63,118 nt of DNA, filler included, from Sphacelaria rigidula (GCA_964200075.2; 8 parts of 8 records of this genome joined end to end with filler, not necessarily neighbours in it); one strand, 5' to 3'. Counted from the whole stretch's first letter, positions 39,514 to 53,252 are shown. Notes: a model not told the origin generated them from the sequence alone. Translations and numbers: made by a program.

Positions 39514-41300
39514 TAGGTCGCTAGTGTTTCACGTCTTCCCTGCAAACCAAAAAGCCACTTCAACCCCATATTTTGTATCAACCCCATTTTCTAGGATTCA
39601 CTGTTATTTCATGTTACCCGGACCCATCACTTGCGCGATACCGAACACTGCTGAGTAAAGGCACACAACCAGCACCAGTATACACCGCTCGACCGGCTGG
39701 GCCAGATCCCATGCTCCTATGAAAGGGGCGACGCACAGCACAGTGCGAATATACTGCACCGCCAGGGTACTGCTTGCACCCGTCAGCATGACGGCTGCTA
39801 TCGTTGGCATCGGCGCCAGCGCTCGCGGTCACGGCAAGACACGTCACAGAACCCATACATGCGGATACTTTTGTAGTTAAAAGCGAAGGGCGATTATGTC
39901 CGAACGTTCAAGATCAGCACCCTGCAAACACTGAGGGCTCGTTCGAGATCAGCCGAAGAACTAAAACATGGAACGTGTCTTGTCTCACTGTACTGCAGCA
40001 GAAACACACTCACTTCCGCTCGCATGTGCTGTAGCTATCACTGTTCTGGGGTGTGTTGAGATCTTGCAAAGACGGTTTGGTCTCCGCTGAGATTGCTTGA
40101 TGCGCTGTATTGTTGTGTTCGTCTCTCTGTACCCAAGCTGTAACATATAGTATCAGTCTGGACGCAGTGATTTTGCAACAAGAGAAGCTCATGCATACTG
40201 TATACAGTCCATCTTCAGATTCTAAAAATAGAAAACACCGCAGAACTGCCGTGTTGTCTTGTGTTCAGGCTAGTACTCTGTTCTCCATACACCACTGCAG
40301 AATTGTCTTGTTTTCAGTGTATTACCCTGTACTTCATATAGTGGGGTCATGGTTTGAGCAGTTTTTTTAAAAGTTCTCGTTGTTTTTTTCAAAGTACCCC
40401 TAAAAAAACGACAGTGTTTTCTGTCACAGAAATTTCATGCCGATCTGGGATAGCCTGAGACAACAACCAATTTGAAAATTGGAGTCAGGGAATAAGCTAT
40501 TTGCTTGCTAAACGTCTCGAATGCCGGTTGAAAACGTCGCGTCAACCAGTAGATATCGAATCCCAAAAGCTCAAAAGAAAGTAGAATGACCCTCCGAATA
40601 CCAGGCACAACAAAAAATGAAAAAAAGCCTTGTCGACTGGGTTATAATCCATCAATCCTCAACAAATGGGTCGTTGACTTCTCGAGCGCGCTCCTTAGTG
40701 TTCAACAGGTTGTAGTGCACGTAGGTTAATGGGGGATGGCCAGCCTCCATGGGCCCTAGTGGGGCAAATATCGTCCAGAATGATGAATTTGGGAAGGCAT
40801 GTTTCGCCGTGCCGGAAACGGGCTCTAGCAAACCAGAGTTGACGTACGTGGTTGGTAGTCTCGATACATTTATTGTTGGTCATCTCGAGCACACCTCTGC
40901 ACAGAACAGTCTTTTAGCCATTATACCACGTGGCCCAAACCCTAATCTGCACTACTGGATGTTGTTTGGGCATGCCGTACACGAGACTTTCGATAATATG
41001 CCTGACGACCGATTGCATCCTGGCGCAACCGTTCCTGCTCGCACGCGTATTCGTGAGAACGGTAGCAATGACGGAAACATCGCGCTGGTTGTCGACGACG
41101 TATCCTGTATCGCACAGAGGGACGCCCTGTCCGAGAACAGAGACCGAAAGCAATCGATTTTTGCACTAGTCAGCGCCACAGACAAGACACGAGTACATCA
41201 TTCAAGATGCGGCAAGTCAACCCGTATTTATGTGTTTAGGGTGTACAACTGCCTGCCGTTCTTGTGCCGACGAAAGGGTTGGCAAACGGTCTGTGCGGTG

Positions 41301-41743
41301 AAAACGGCATGTTACATATTGGGGATGGATTTTTTATTGGGGATGAGAAACACGGAGAATTAAAATCGTTGTATCCATATCAAATCTTCGAAATATGGTT
41401 CCATTTGTTCACCTACTGATAGCTATTGACAACTGCTACACGCCAGAGACACTTGGATTTCGATCACCGAAATGTTGGGGTCTTCGATGAAAACCAATTT
41501 TGGTGAATTCCGGGTGTCCGAACGGATGCCAAAATGGTTCCGAAATAGGTTTGTCACCTAGGACCCCAACGTTTTGGTGATCGAAATCCAAGTTTCTACG
41601 GCGTGTGGCAGGTGTCAATAGCTATCAGTAGGTGAACAAATGCAACCATATTTTGAAGATTTTGTGTGTACACGAAGATTTTAATTATCCGGGTTTCTCA
41701 TCCCCAATAAAATATCCATTCCCAATTTGTAAGATCCCGTGTT
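41301..41743. mobile_element. ~440-bp foldback element
   Basis: ~200-bp imperfect arms with a short loop near 41500-41535; GGTG on both flanks. Confidence 0.8.
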
Positions 41744-42626
41744 GGTGGGAAGCTTTCTTTTAGCAATTGCTCCTCCGGCGGCATCGTCATCGACACACGT
41801 GTACAACGAATAAATTGGATGCACCCAGCCACACCTGCTTAGCTGCAACACAATTAAGTTAGTCGTAAGTGCAGTTTTCAACCCAAACTATTTCGGAAGA
41901 AATCGCGAAATACTAGTAGTGGGTCAAACCTCACCGCGATGTTAAACTACATTTTCCAGAGGACCCTCTTGATAGGAGGTTGGGAATTTGGATGGGCGCG
42001 GGAGGTTGTTTTCTAGAACAACGTTCTGTCGCAGTGCCGCAGTATCCGTTTTTTACTGTGTATTTAACACTCTGATGCCATTTTCGTATCATTTCGGCCT
42101 TGCTGCGCGGCCGACTCTCGAGTCCGAAGGTATTTGTACGGACACGTGCAGAACACAGTGCGAGCTGAGTGCGCATTGGCACACAAGATTGGAAAGTAAT
42201 GCTCCTTCAAAAGATGAATCTTGAAACACGGTAGTGCTGAGCCCAGACATGAAAGGGCGGCAATCTTTCATACATGGCCATACTTACTTGTACATTCCCG
42301 CACGTATCAGAAGGATGTGTCGATTCCACAGTGGACCCCCCTAGTGGAGCTACGACTTCAACGTGCTCAACCCGAATATGCCGAGATCTACACGTGAAAC
42401 GAGGGATTAGATCAAGTCCAAACACATATACGAATTGTGCACGTGAAAAAGATTGCCGTGATTTCGATTGAATATTTACGTATCGTATCTTGTTCGCCAG
42501 TCTACGGGGCATCCAAGAAGTTGACCCTATGGCGTGGGTGTCGTCGCCGTCACGCCAGTTTGGTCATAGCCACACTAGATCGCAGCTGACCCTAGTACGA
42601 CGATTACAACGATCAAAGCTAGTCAG

Positions 42627-44784
42627 CTACGTATCTTGAAGCGAGGGAGTTTGCCACAAGCAAAATAGACTATCATAGAACGAGCAACTCCCAACTAATG
42701 GCCTCGGACTTTTCAAAGATTCTGGCAAACGACACCAATCCGCTCCGTAAGCCATAGACTCGTGCCGAGTATATTTGGCCACACTGTTGTCCAACGTTTC
42801 CATCACCGCTCTCCCTTCTTCGGGAAGTCCAGTATTCAGCACCCGCAATCCCGCATGCATACAAGCACAGAGAAGTAGGCCACTCTTCTCGGGGTTAGGG
42901 TGCCATTTTAACCGCCAAAGCCCCCCACCTGAGGCAATCGTCGAAATGGGGTCTGATAGTTTTCTTGAGTCCCAGATGCGGACGCTCTCATCATAGCTTC
43001 CGCTGGAGGACCGCGACAGGGGGGTTGAGAAAACGCGAGAGGTTAAAGGGAGGGGAGGAGGGATATCAGCTAGGAAAAGTGTCGGCGGCATAAAGTAGCG
43101 TTCGACATGGAGAAGACGTGGTAGTGAAGGACCACAGCATAACGGGGGACGAGGTCAGGATGACCTAGGGTGGACGGGGAACCGGAGTTTCCAAATGTTG
43201 TAAACTTCGTGCCCGAAGGGTCGTAAGAGGCGGTGACCAGGGGGAACCGTTCACGCGTGCAACGTGAAATACACTTGCTGGTGTAAACGATCACGGTTGT
43301 TTAGCGCTTCTCCGATACATCATCTACACATACAAAGTAGACATCTGTCACCAGAGTAAACATGAAGCGCACCAAAAAAGGCACCACGCCAACAAAAAAA
43401 ATTGGACGTAAGCTACCTTGCGAACATGTACTCTCGAGTTGGATGCCACTGTCCAGCTGTGACTCCGGCGTCGTGCTTCTTGCACAGAAACGCCGGCAAC
43501 GCGCCAACCCCCGACCGAAGATCCCAGCCTTTCATAAGCGCGTCGTCTCCTCCGGAAACGACAAAATTTGCGTCCGAATCGTCCCCCGACCCCCGCCGAA
43601 AAAACGAGATCCATGCCTCGGTGGCTATGCCCCCTCTCAGCTTGTGCGCCGGCCACGGTCCCACTTCTTGGATGGGCTTGCCGCCAGCAGCATGTGGGCG
43701 CCAGATGCCCACCCCTCCATCAGACTGGCTCACCACAATCTTCGATCAGGACAGGGAATGTACGACACGTCACGAAATGAAGATTTTTATTGAGGGTCAA
43801 GTACATTTCTAGACGTACTTGAATCTGCGTATGTGGTGCGCCGCGTGTACATATCAACGGCTAGGTAGATCCTATACAGAAGCAAACCACCTACGAGAGC
43901 GAAAATGAAAAGAGTGAGCTTACCAAAAATCCACGCCATGATCCAGATCAAAATAGTAACACGCACCATTCAACGGTCTCGGTCATGTCCAATGACAAAT
44001 TGGCGGCCAGAACATGGTTCTGACTGCACTTTTGAAATCTATTTAGATGACAGTTAGGTTACGTGAGCGTCAACGTTCCACGTGTCGACACCCTCGGAGA
44101 AGAGGCAGTAGTGCGGGTGTATTACCATGACAGAGTCGACCAGGAACAGTACGGGTATTAAGTAATCTAGAGATTCGGTGTTCAACCCCTGCACACATGC
44201 AGAACACTATGGCGCAACGTGTGGGCGTATTATCTGTTTGACCCAGAACTGGCGGTTGTACTTGTGTCAGGTGGTGACCAAAAGACACGATCCTACCCCT
44301 GCCGACCAGCAGCACGAAGGCGCTGGGTGCTTTGGCGCAACGCTGTTGTACCACTTGCATTCCAAGGATTTGATATTTTCGCTTGTTAAAATTAGTTTGA
44401 ACGGTTCAGGGCCGCCACTGTACGTGTACAAAGTACGAGGACACAACTGTTCGTCACCTTGGCGTCGCCCAAGCATCCTTGGCTCCAATCCAACGACAAA
44501 AACAAGTGTTCTCCATCATCACTAGACGACAACGGTGATATCTGCTCCGCGTCCGGGTCCCCACGCCGCAGCTCGTTAGCCTCGGCCGATGCAGCAAGAG
44601 AGTAGAGGGCGAGTCGGCCTGTCGAGGTGGTGCACGCGAGGACAGCTGCTCCATTTGTTGTTGGAGTTTCCGACCATTTCGTGTCCAAAACACCGCCATC
44701 GAGTGATGCTCTACCCGCCTCGTCCAGAGAGATGTCGGAGTTTGATGAATCGTCGGTTTCAAGTGAAGACCTGTCGCCGACCAG
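42627..44784 (-). CDS. DPH7: Diphthine methyl ester esterase (WD40 protein DPH7/WDR85/RRT2); last three exons, first exon not located
   Basis: Exons 44784-44458, 43739-43417, 43002-42627(stop); AG/GT bounded and phase-consistent; motifs GVLDTKW, FLSLDW, VVSQSDG, EAWI, SGGDD..KGWDLR, HDAGVT, SGSYDE, GGGLWRLKWHP, ACMHAG, HESMAYGADW, SCSFYD. Confidence 0.93.
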
Positions 44785-46749
44785 CTGCAATGTAAAATGA
44801 TGCAGTCATGCAGACGGGTATTATAATGAAGGCATCGCACGGGCGTATTGCCACCGCTACGTAGTTACTGATAACCAGCTTGCAGTGCCGTGTCTACTTG
44901 GTGCCTAGTACAACGCGGGTGGGATCTTGTGAAATTGACGGCCAGCTTGCAGCAAAATCCACAACAAAACTTCAACAACATAGCGTCGCGCGTTTGCCTT
45001 CTACATGTTTCGGCCGATCCAGCTGTCCAGATTACTTTAGCCCAGTTCGCCTCCAAATCACCCATTGTTGAGGTTATATGGTTCGAGTGTGAACATCGAT
45101 ATTCGCATCTTTAGTGAGGCTGACAGGCCCGAGTGCCTCTAGTATGCACCGACAACGGTGGTGGAAGACGTCATGAAGTCGATCGGAACCGCAGTGTAGC
45201 AGTACAGCTGCGCGGTAGACTACAAATCGTCCACAGCGACTTACTCAAGCTGAAACTGGCGATAGAGAGGAGCTGCAGGCTAGGCAACGTTTTGTGCGCA
45301 CCGAGCACTTCGAAAATATGCAACACAACGAAGCGAATGTTGATATCATGGCGGCGGCAGGGAGATCGCCTGCCTGCGATGTGAAGCGTTGTAGTTTTGT
45401 GACTGGTCGATCGTGATAAGGATGCAAGCGGGGATGGATGTTCAGCGTCCCTTGTTGGGGTATATTGGTTTTGAACTAGCTGCGACATTGGTGGTGGGAT
45501 AGGGTAATTCCACTTCGTTCCATCCTAAGTTCTAAAGCGGGACTTCAGACCTCAGGATTGAATTGCTCCAGATAGAGCTTCTCAATTTCCCTTCAGGATG
45601 GAACTTCGCCGTTACCGGCTTCACCCCCTTCTGTCCTGATCCTCAAGTGCGAAAATTGTGTTTCCGAAACTCTCTAATGCCCCAAAGCAGCTTTGATTGA
45701 TGCCGAGCATATGGGGCCATATCTCTCGATATACAAGATTTGGCACCGTAAGTCCTCTAGGTGCAATACATGTATTGTTGCTCGCCGTCAAGATATTTGG
45801 CGTGAATTCTTCCTCCAAAGATGAGGCGAATGCTGTGCGGAATTTGCGCTTGGTGGTGGTGTGATCTTCCCTCCCTTCCCCCCACATGTGTTCGGCCGTT
45901 GGTTTGTGTGGTGGGGTCTCGTGGGACATACATTATGTTTCGGCACTGAAGAAATACTCGTCATGAAAGCGCTCACTGTATTGGCATGTAGGAAGTGTGC
46001 GGCGAAAATGAGGCACAAAATTGGCGTATCTACGCCGGCGCAGACACAATAACAGAACCCGCCGGCAGAGTAGAACCAGTTCCATAGTACATTTGTGCAG
46101 ACCCACCGGTGTTTTGAATCCACCCGCGCACAACAGAGCCGGTATATAGGGCATGCCACGGCATGAACAACCACAACACAGCTGAAACACAAACACACAC
46201 AGGAGAGCCGCCACCAGCAAGCTGCAAAAGCAATAGCAGCAGCAGTGCTGCACTACGGAGACCGCAGTTCAACTTATTGCACACACTGCTCACACTTGGC
46301 AGACAACCAACCAACGCACGTTTATGTGTGAAGGTCGGTCGCTTTTAGTAAACGTATACTCCACAGACAGTACAGTACCACGTAGCACTGTACCCGATAC
46401 AGACAGGAGTGTACGGTAACATTTCATGTACTGTAAGCGATCAGCACGAGTAACTCCTACCGTCAGCACAACAGATGGCTTGCTGATATCGCCATCAAAT
46501 ACAAACCGCACGACTCTTGATAATATTTTCATACCCCCTACAAGGCCGGATTGTGTTTGTTGTCTCCCTCCTTCATCTTTCACTGTGCGGATGGCGGGGG
46601 ACAACAACAGCAGTCTCCAACTCTCATTCGATAGCGACATCAGCAAACCGTGTGTGGTGATGACGGCAGAGGTTACTTGTGCTCACGGCTTCAGTACAAA
46701 AAATGCCACCGCAGAGTAAAACAAACAACGAACCCTTTTGGCACTGGCG

Positions 46750-47190
46750 TTGGAAGCACGGATTTCGAGGTGCTGTTTCTCGAACGACACATGGTTGAGG
46801 ATTTACAGTTTTCACGCAAAACAATTAGTCCGAGGCGTGTTTTACATCGTATATAATGTGTCCCAGTGGAGCACGAGACTCAATATATAGGAAGTAGACA
46901 GGGGTGCCGATTTTCGTTTGTATAGACTTCGGGTACGCAAGCGCTAATTTTGGCTGTGCGCACAAAGTTGAAGAAACTTGACCTGTTGCGTCCGCCCACT
47001 GAACAAACTAATCCGACCGCACCGGGGTGACACTTGTGGTGCGTGCATGACTTATGCTGGTGGATTCTTCTGTGGCCTTCCGCCGAAAAAGTGGTTGCAG
47101 TTGGCCTTTTCTGGTCTTATCTTCTCTTCTTTGTCAGGGCTTGAAAGAATGATGTGTCTGGCCCGGGGACGGAAGGGAAGGGTTCTCAAA
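46750..47190. repeat. Second copy of the 37060-37510 dispersed repeat
   Basis: Shared ATCCGACCGCACCGGGGTGACA, GCTGGTGGATTCTTCTGTGGCCTTCC, GTCTGGCCCGGGG. Confidence 0.85.
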
Positions 47191-47315
47191 GAGACTGCAC
47201 ACACCAAGGTACGTGCGTCGTTTGCCTGCCGCGTCTGTGAAGCGTGTGCGATAGGTTCAACGGCGGTCTCCGTACTACAGTACTGCTGCTAGGATTAGGT
47301 TTAGTTTATATGGTG

Positions 47316-47415
47316 NNNNNNNNNNNNNNNNNNNNNNNNNNNNNNNNNNNNNNNNNNNNTTAATTAATTAANNNNNNNNNNNNNNNNNNNNNNNNNNNNN
47401 NNNNNNNNNNNNNNN
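47316..47415. other. Artificial contig spacer
   Basis: Same 100-bp linker. Confidence 0.98.
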
Positions 47416-47883
47416 TAGCTGGGCGGAATAATAACACTGTTCTGCGGGCGGGTGCTTATGCTGATGTTCGATTTGTGTGCGGTGATAAATATATACGGAG
47501 TGATGGTCCACATATATACTATTCATATACGATTGATTACGTGATATTTTCCCTAAACATGGTTCGTGTTAGTAGACGACGGAAGACGGTGTTTTTTTTT
47601 TCAATGTGAGTATATTGACGAGGTATTCCCTATCATCTGGCATCTTCCCACCTTCCCAGGGGCTTCAGACGAAGCACAGGTGCGGACATACACAGGTATC
47701 CAACGTGTGGGATCTCTATTCAGCGAACGCGGTTGAGAGCTATTCATCCTTTAGCCCATGTACACATGGACTGGGGGGCAAATGGATGAATACCTTTCAG
47801 CAACTCTTTCTGCGTGTCGGATCCCATGCGCCGGTGACGATGCAGCATGCGGGATTTGCCCAGCAGCTGACGCTGCTCGCCAT

Positions 47884-48210
47884 AAATTTATTTTCCCCCA
47901 ATCTCTGGACGAGTTCGAGGGAAAAGGAAATACTTATTTCGAGCTTCTTCTGCCGGTCAAATTCCGAATCTGCCAGTGTGCATGGGATTTGCGCAGCAGA
48001 AGGAGCTCTTCGAAATAGATCCCTTTTCGCTCATCTCAAAAATGGGCGGAAAAAGGATCGATCTTGAACAGCTTCTTCTGCTGTTCTAAATAAATCCTGT
48101 TCTTTGCCGAAATTAATTGGGCGAGAAAAGGATCTGCTTTAAAGATCTTGTCCTTCTGTCCAAAATGAATTCCTTTTCGCTCGATTCAAATCGGGTGAAG
48201 AGGAATTTAC
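47884..48210. repeat. Array of 3-4 related hairpins, ~75-bp period
   Basis: ATCCCTTTTCGCTC..GGGCGGAAAAAGGAT-type palindromes at ~48017, 48092, 48167 and a weaker one at 47885. Confidence 0.55.
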
Positions 48211-49424
48211 CTCGAACAGGAGGACGAGTTATTGAAGATATATTAATTTACAGATTTTGTACCAAAATCGTTGGAATTTTCAAAAGAAAAACTTGAGGTT
48301 TTTCCACCAAAATACTACCACATGACTGTGCAGGGTTTTGCTGACGTGCCTACACAGGGCTGCAAATCCAACCCTGGGGAAAAGCCTATCAAAACGCTAC
48401 GAGGGGTACAGATTTTGCATTTCACTGTCAGGGTTTTTTCACAAAGACTGTGGAGGACCCTGTACGCACCCTGCACAGTGCGCGCCACAGGGTGCTATCT
48501 GTCCACGTGTGATATTTGATCGTGTTTGCGCTCAGACCCTTGTGTTTCCGCTTGTGCTTCATCACCGGGTATCATCTTTGCGGTGATCGTTTTGTTCTTG
48601 GAAATACACGATTTTTAGTGAGTTTCTCATATTTTGTATTTTGGGATTCTTCTCGCAATGCATATTCTACGCACATACATTTCCTCGCTTCCTTATACGT
48701 ATGCACTTGTTGCATCGGGTGGTTGAACCCTTTTCGTATCCTTTTGCATGTGATAAGTTGAGTTGTCGAATTTAGTGCTCGACAGGGAACGAGTCAATAC
48801 GCGACAGGAGGGACAAGGCCAGGGCATGCTCTTATTTTCCATGTACTCAGTGCTCCCAACTTGTGCTAACTTTATACGTTACTCTCATCATGATGGCGAC
48901 TGTTCATTACCCACACAGGCCACGCCGGGACGCGGAAGCACGGTACACCGATGACGGTATGTGTCCGAGTCGGATACAATTATTTAGTGGTTTTCTCGGT
49001 TGGATGTTTACATAACAGGACTTACTGTTAGGTGTGACTGAACATTGCGTATCTTATCTCATATTGCTAAGGGCTATGAAGATCGATCGTATGTTTTACT
49101 GTTCCCCAGTAAGGTCTTGACATTCAAACTCTCATCTTACGCGCTTGTCTTGCCGTGGTGTACCATACCGCTGCTTGTTACTGATGATATGTTGCATTGT
49201 AGAGTACTCTTGCAGGCCGGGGGTATATTCTCCAGGCATTTATTTCGCTGATATGTGCACAGTCCCGCCCTGTGGGGAACCGTGTCTACCTACCCGTAGC
49301 TGTTACTTCTTGATGCGAGAAACCACTGCTGCTGTGATGTGGCACTCCGCTTCAGTTACAAGGTCTTTCATCGACGAAACTGATGCTTAGCAAGATTATT
49401 ACATCGTGCCTGTACTCACACGCC

Positions 49425-49545
49425 CCCTCATGGCAGTGAACATATATATATATATATATGTATACATATATATGTATGCATATATATATGTATACATATA
49501 TGTATACATATATGCAGTTAGGATTTGCCCTTCATGGCAGTGAAA

Positions 49546-49581
<36 letters not shown>
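49425..49581 (+). repeat. Duplicated TCATGGCAGTGAA + (AT)n module
   Basis: Motif at ~49428 and ~49532, each followed by an AT microsatellite. Confidence 0.8.
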
Positions 49582-49585
<4 letters not shown>

Positions 49586-51460
49586 CGCCCTACCAAAGCA
49601 GCAGGATGTCGGTATCACAAGCCACCTACCCCGCACCGCAGCACGGCAACTTTCTGCACAGCTAAGATGTGCTGGACCCTTCGCAACCGCATCAGGTTTT
49701 CAAAGACGCTGTCTGCAACTATTATAACGTCGTCTCCACTACCTTCGTAGCAAACTTTCGCCTCCGTAATCGTCGCTCCCGCCAATATTCCATTTTGCGT
49801 GCCACACTTCACGCTGGTGTTGCAGTGTTGATCTCGAGCGTGGATGCTTCTATGTTTCATTTATTTTATTCTGTTGTTTGCGCTGTACCTTCACACTCAC
49901 GAATGGCAATCGTCCTTTTCTTAACTGTGCGGTATATCAAGATCGTTTCGCGACTCTATCGTGACGCCTCATCGTGGAAACACTGGTATCCGGCACAATA
50001 TCTTGTTACATTACGGTCAACTCATCATGTGCTCTTTTGATGTAAGTTTATTCCAGATCCACTAGTCGAGCGATTATTCTATTTGTCATCTTTTTCATTT
50101 GGGTTTTGTGGAGCTATGATATCCTTTGACTGTACTGTTCACAAGATTTGAGAACGATCCGCCCCATGGCGTTTCATGTCTGCAAGTGTTGCACCAGATA
50201 TGGTTGCTTATTGCAGTAATTTGTCAGGAGTGTTGAACACTGACGATAATTGTCTGTTGTGGGTACCGGTGATTAGCATATGTCAACGTTAGTCATCCAG
50301 CGACAACTGACTTGTGACCTGACAGCCCTGGTACATACTAGATACGGGCACACTCGAGTAGCACACACCATGCTATTATTGCAGGGTCATTTCGGCTCGA
50401 ATAGTACGAACAGAGACTACCGCGAGTACGCTCGATGATACGAGTGCAGACGCTGGGAAAAGGCCGGTCTCAACTTAGAACGATGCCAAAGAGTTGCCTT
50501 GTGTAGCCCTGATTGATATTAGAGATTGACTTCCAGGACACTCATTGCATATATACATCCGGTATTCGATAGATACCACAGGTCATCGACAGGGCACCGA
50601 AACCATTTTGCCTACCCTCGAGCGACGAAAGAGTTGACACCGGTGGCCCGCATTCTACTATTGATCCTGTGTCAAACGTTCGTCATGTCGAGACTAATTT
50701 GCAGCCAAAAGGGGGGGAGCCCGCAGCAGCATGAGTGAGGTATTTATGTAAATGACTCGAGGTATCAATGGACGACCGACCTACAAATCACCCAGGAGGT
50801 CAAGGTACCGTTAAGAGGGCAGGGGCATGAATGCATGATACATTGTCCGACAAGTGGGACGGGTACGTATACCCAACGTGTTGGGTCATACGTACACTCC
50901 CACATCCATCCGTCCTTTCCAACATGACCCATTTCAAACACCCTTCGAACGTACTCTCCCGGCTGCCCTAGACACTCTTGTACGACAAATGAGCGGCGCT
51001 GACACCGCGTCAAGTCTAGAGAATTTCGTGAAAACGAATTAAAACGTCAACCAGACCAGGTTAACGTAGTCCTAGAAATCAAACAGGGAAACGAGCGAAA
51101 AGCCAGACAGAGATGGAGTGCAAGCATCATAAAAGACGTCCCGAGAACGTCGGCGATGGAGTAGAGACAGGTAGGCTATATGATGACTTTGATCCATACG
51201 AGCGCGTGAGATACCCAAACGACGAGTGGTTGGAATTCAACAAGAGGGACTGGGTAAAAATAGCAGTTTAGAGTGAGTGGTATCCGGTACACACCGACAA
51301 CGGGTTGCAAACTAAAGGTAGCAGAAGCCATGCTACCAGATGCGCACCCTCCCGAGTGAGTGATTTACAGGTGGAGAACCCGATACAGGATGAACAAGGG
51401 TGGAACATGCACTCAAGCTCAGAGACGCAGTAGAATATGAGAACGTTACCTGCTCCCACG

Positions 51461-51632
51461 GGTACAGCCGAATCTGGGTGCAGCCGAAACAGGCCTTTAT
51501 CCCGTGCTTTCCTGATGGAAAGCCATAGAGAAGTGTGTATGAAACTGGGTGCAGCCGAAACGGGTCTCTATCCCGTATTTTTCTTGTAGGGAACTACAGG
51601 GAACTGTGTACGAAACTGGGTACAGCCCAAAC
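51461..51632 (+). repeat. ~77-bp tandem repeat with dispersed relatives
   Basis: TGGGTRCAGCCGAAAC..TATCCCGT units; related segment at 52241-52292. Confidence 0.65.
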
Positions 51633-53011
51633 GGATCTTGTTGGAAATCTATACAGCCAGCAGTCTAGCTGTTTGTTCTCTATTTATGAGGTTTTACTCT
51701 GTAGAAAATTAGCGGGACAACATGTTCTGGTTCAACTAGGAGCCCCAGTATTGACCGAGGGTGCAAGTACTGTTTTTTATATGGATCCCTGAGTTCAATA
51801 TCCTGTCAGACTTGCCACGTAAGCTTGTTGAGAAAGCAGTGTGCTGCCATTGTTTGAGAGTGCTGTAGCTTGAGTAAGAATCCATTCTATGAGCTGGCAA
51901 ACCAACACGTTAGAGTCAAGGACGCGTTTTAGTCGACGTACGTGTAGAGCTTTGTTTTTTGTTCCAAGGATTGAACCATTGTAATTGGTGGTCCTCCCTG
52001 CCCTTTACAATCACTCCCCTTCCACTACCATCAGTTCTCCGCTTAGAGAGTAAACTGCGAGTTTTGCTTTTCTTGGCCGAATAAAGAGCCCAGTCAACCA
52101 TTTTTCTCATTGAGTTTGTTCTGAAGCTGCGGAAGGAAGTGGTCGAATCAACCACGGTGCAACCTCTGCATACTACTGTTCGCTGAACGGTAGTTAGCCT
52201 GTCGCAAGGACAGTGCTACGGACACGAGTTATTCCAACAGGTCTCTATCCCGTATTTTCCTCGTGGGTAACTACGAGGACGTGTGTATGAAGCTCCACCT
52301 TAATGACACACGGTCCCTGGTTGATTGCGCTAGTCTCAACCCGATTAGGCATACCTGGTAAAACACTCGGCACATCTACTAGGGGGGATGTTACAGGGTA
52401 AATGATGACCCTGTAGAGAAGACTATGAAGTAATTCAACTGCAGGTCCTGACACCTTAACCCGCCCGAGTACGAGATACTAAAACATGGGATAGGCAACT
52501 GCCTGTGACCCCTTTCCGCTCACAGGAAAAGCAAACCCCAAACGATCTCTGAGAGCAATATCCACCACTTGATAATGAACTGCACTCCACCATTGCTGAC
52601 CGCTGAATACGACACCACCCACCCTTCACCGAGGATAACCTACATGCTGAACGCCGTGCGTGCGTGCCTCGTCGCTCCACTACGCCGGACTCGTAACAGG
52701 CAAGTTACTGCATTATTAGTGCAGCCGTTGTAAGCTGTAATATGGGGTCCGAGGATGCTCTGCGTACACAATGCAACCCATCTAGAGGCTACCTTACACC
52801 GCCTAACCAATGCTTACTTTGCTTGTGCGACATGTGTGCTCTAAGTTGAAACACAGCCAATGATAAACCTGTCTTTAAACATTTTGTCTTGTGTTGTCGG
52901 TACACGGCCACCCGGCAGGTGGCGTACTGCTATACTTGTTATATCGATGAAGCTCTTCGTTCTCTAGAACACTGTCGCAGAAATTCCTACTTCCTCAACA
53001 CGTGTTCTCAC

Positions 53012-53252
53012 CAACACGATGACTCTGCTCGAAAATGCACGTCTCTGAAGGATCGGCTAGCCCGGATTCGATGAAGCGCAAGGCAGAGTACAAGCCGCCG
53101 GTTCCACCTCCAGCCACGACCAACGCACGGCATCGGAACTTGGTTTCAACTTTGTCACCAGCTGCCAACAGCATTACTCCCGCGATCACAAGAAGCCTCG
53201 CAGCTCTAACCATCGCGCCGAGTGTTGCAACATGCGACATGATGTCGCTCAT
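53012..53252 (-). CDS. First exon of a FAD-dependent oxidoreductase (flavin amine/L-amino-acid oxidase-like) with signal-peptide-like N-terminus
   Basis: MVRAARLLVIAGVMLLAAG then LVVAGGGTGGLYSALRF..CIFEQSHRVG (GxGxxG, acidic end of second strand, start of RxGGR), ending G|gtgaga; start ATG ambiguous (53252/53240/53213). Confidence 0.8.

Noticed and set aside
40749..41363. 204-aa ORF
   Set aside because: No recognisable domain or convincing splice boundaries; its end runs into the foldback element. A BLASTP search would settle it.
44865..45065. ORF ending AGYQ as DPH7 exon 1
   Set aside because: No in-phase GT donor and no DPH7 N-terminal motifs.
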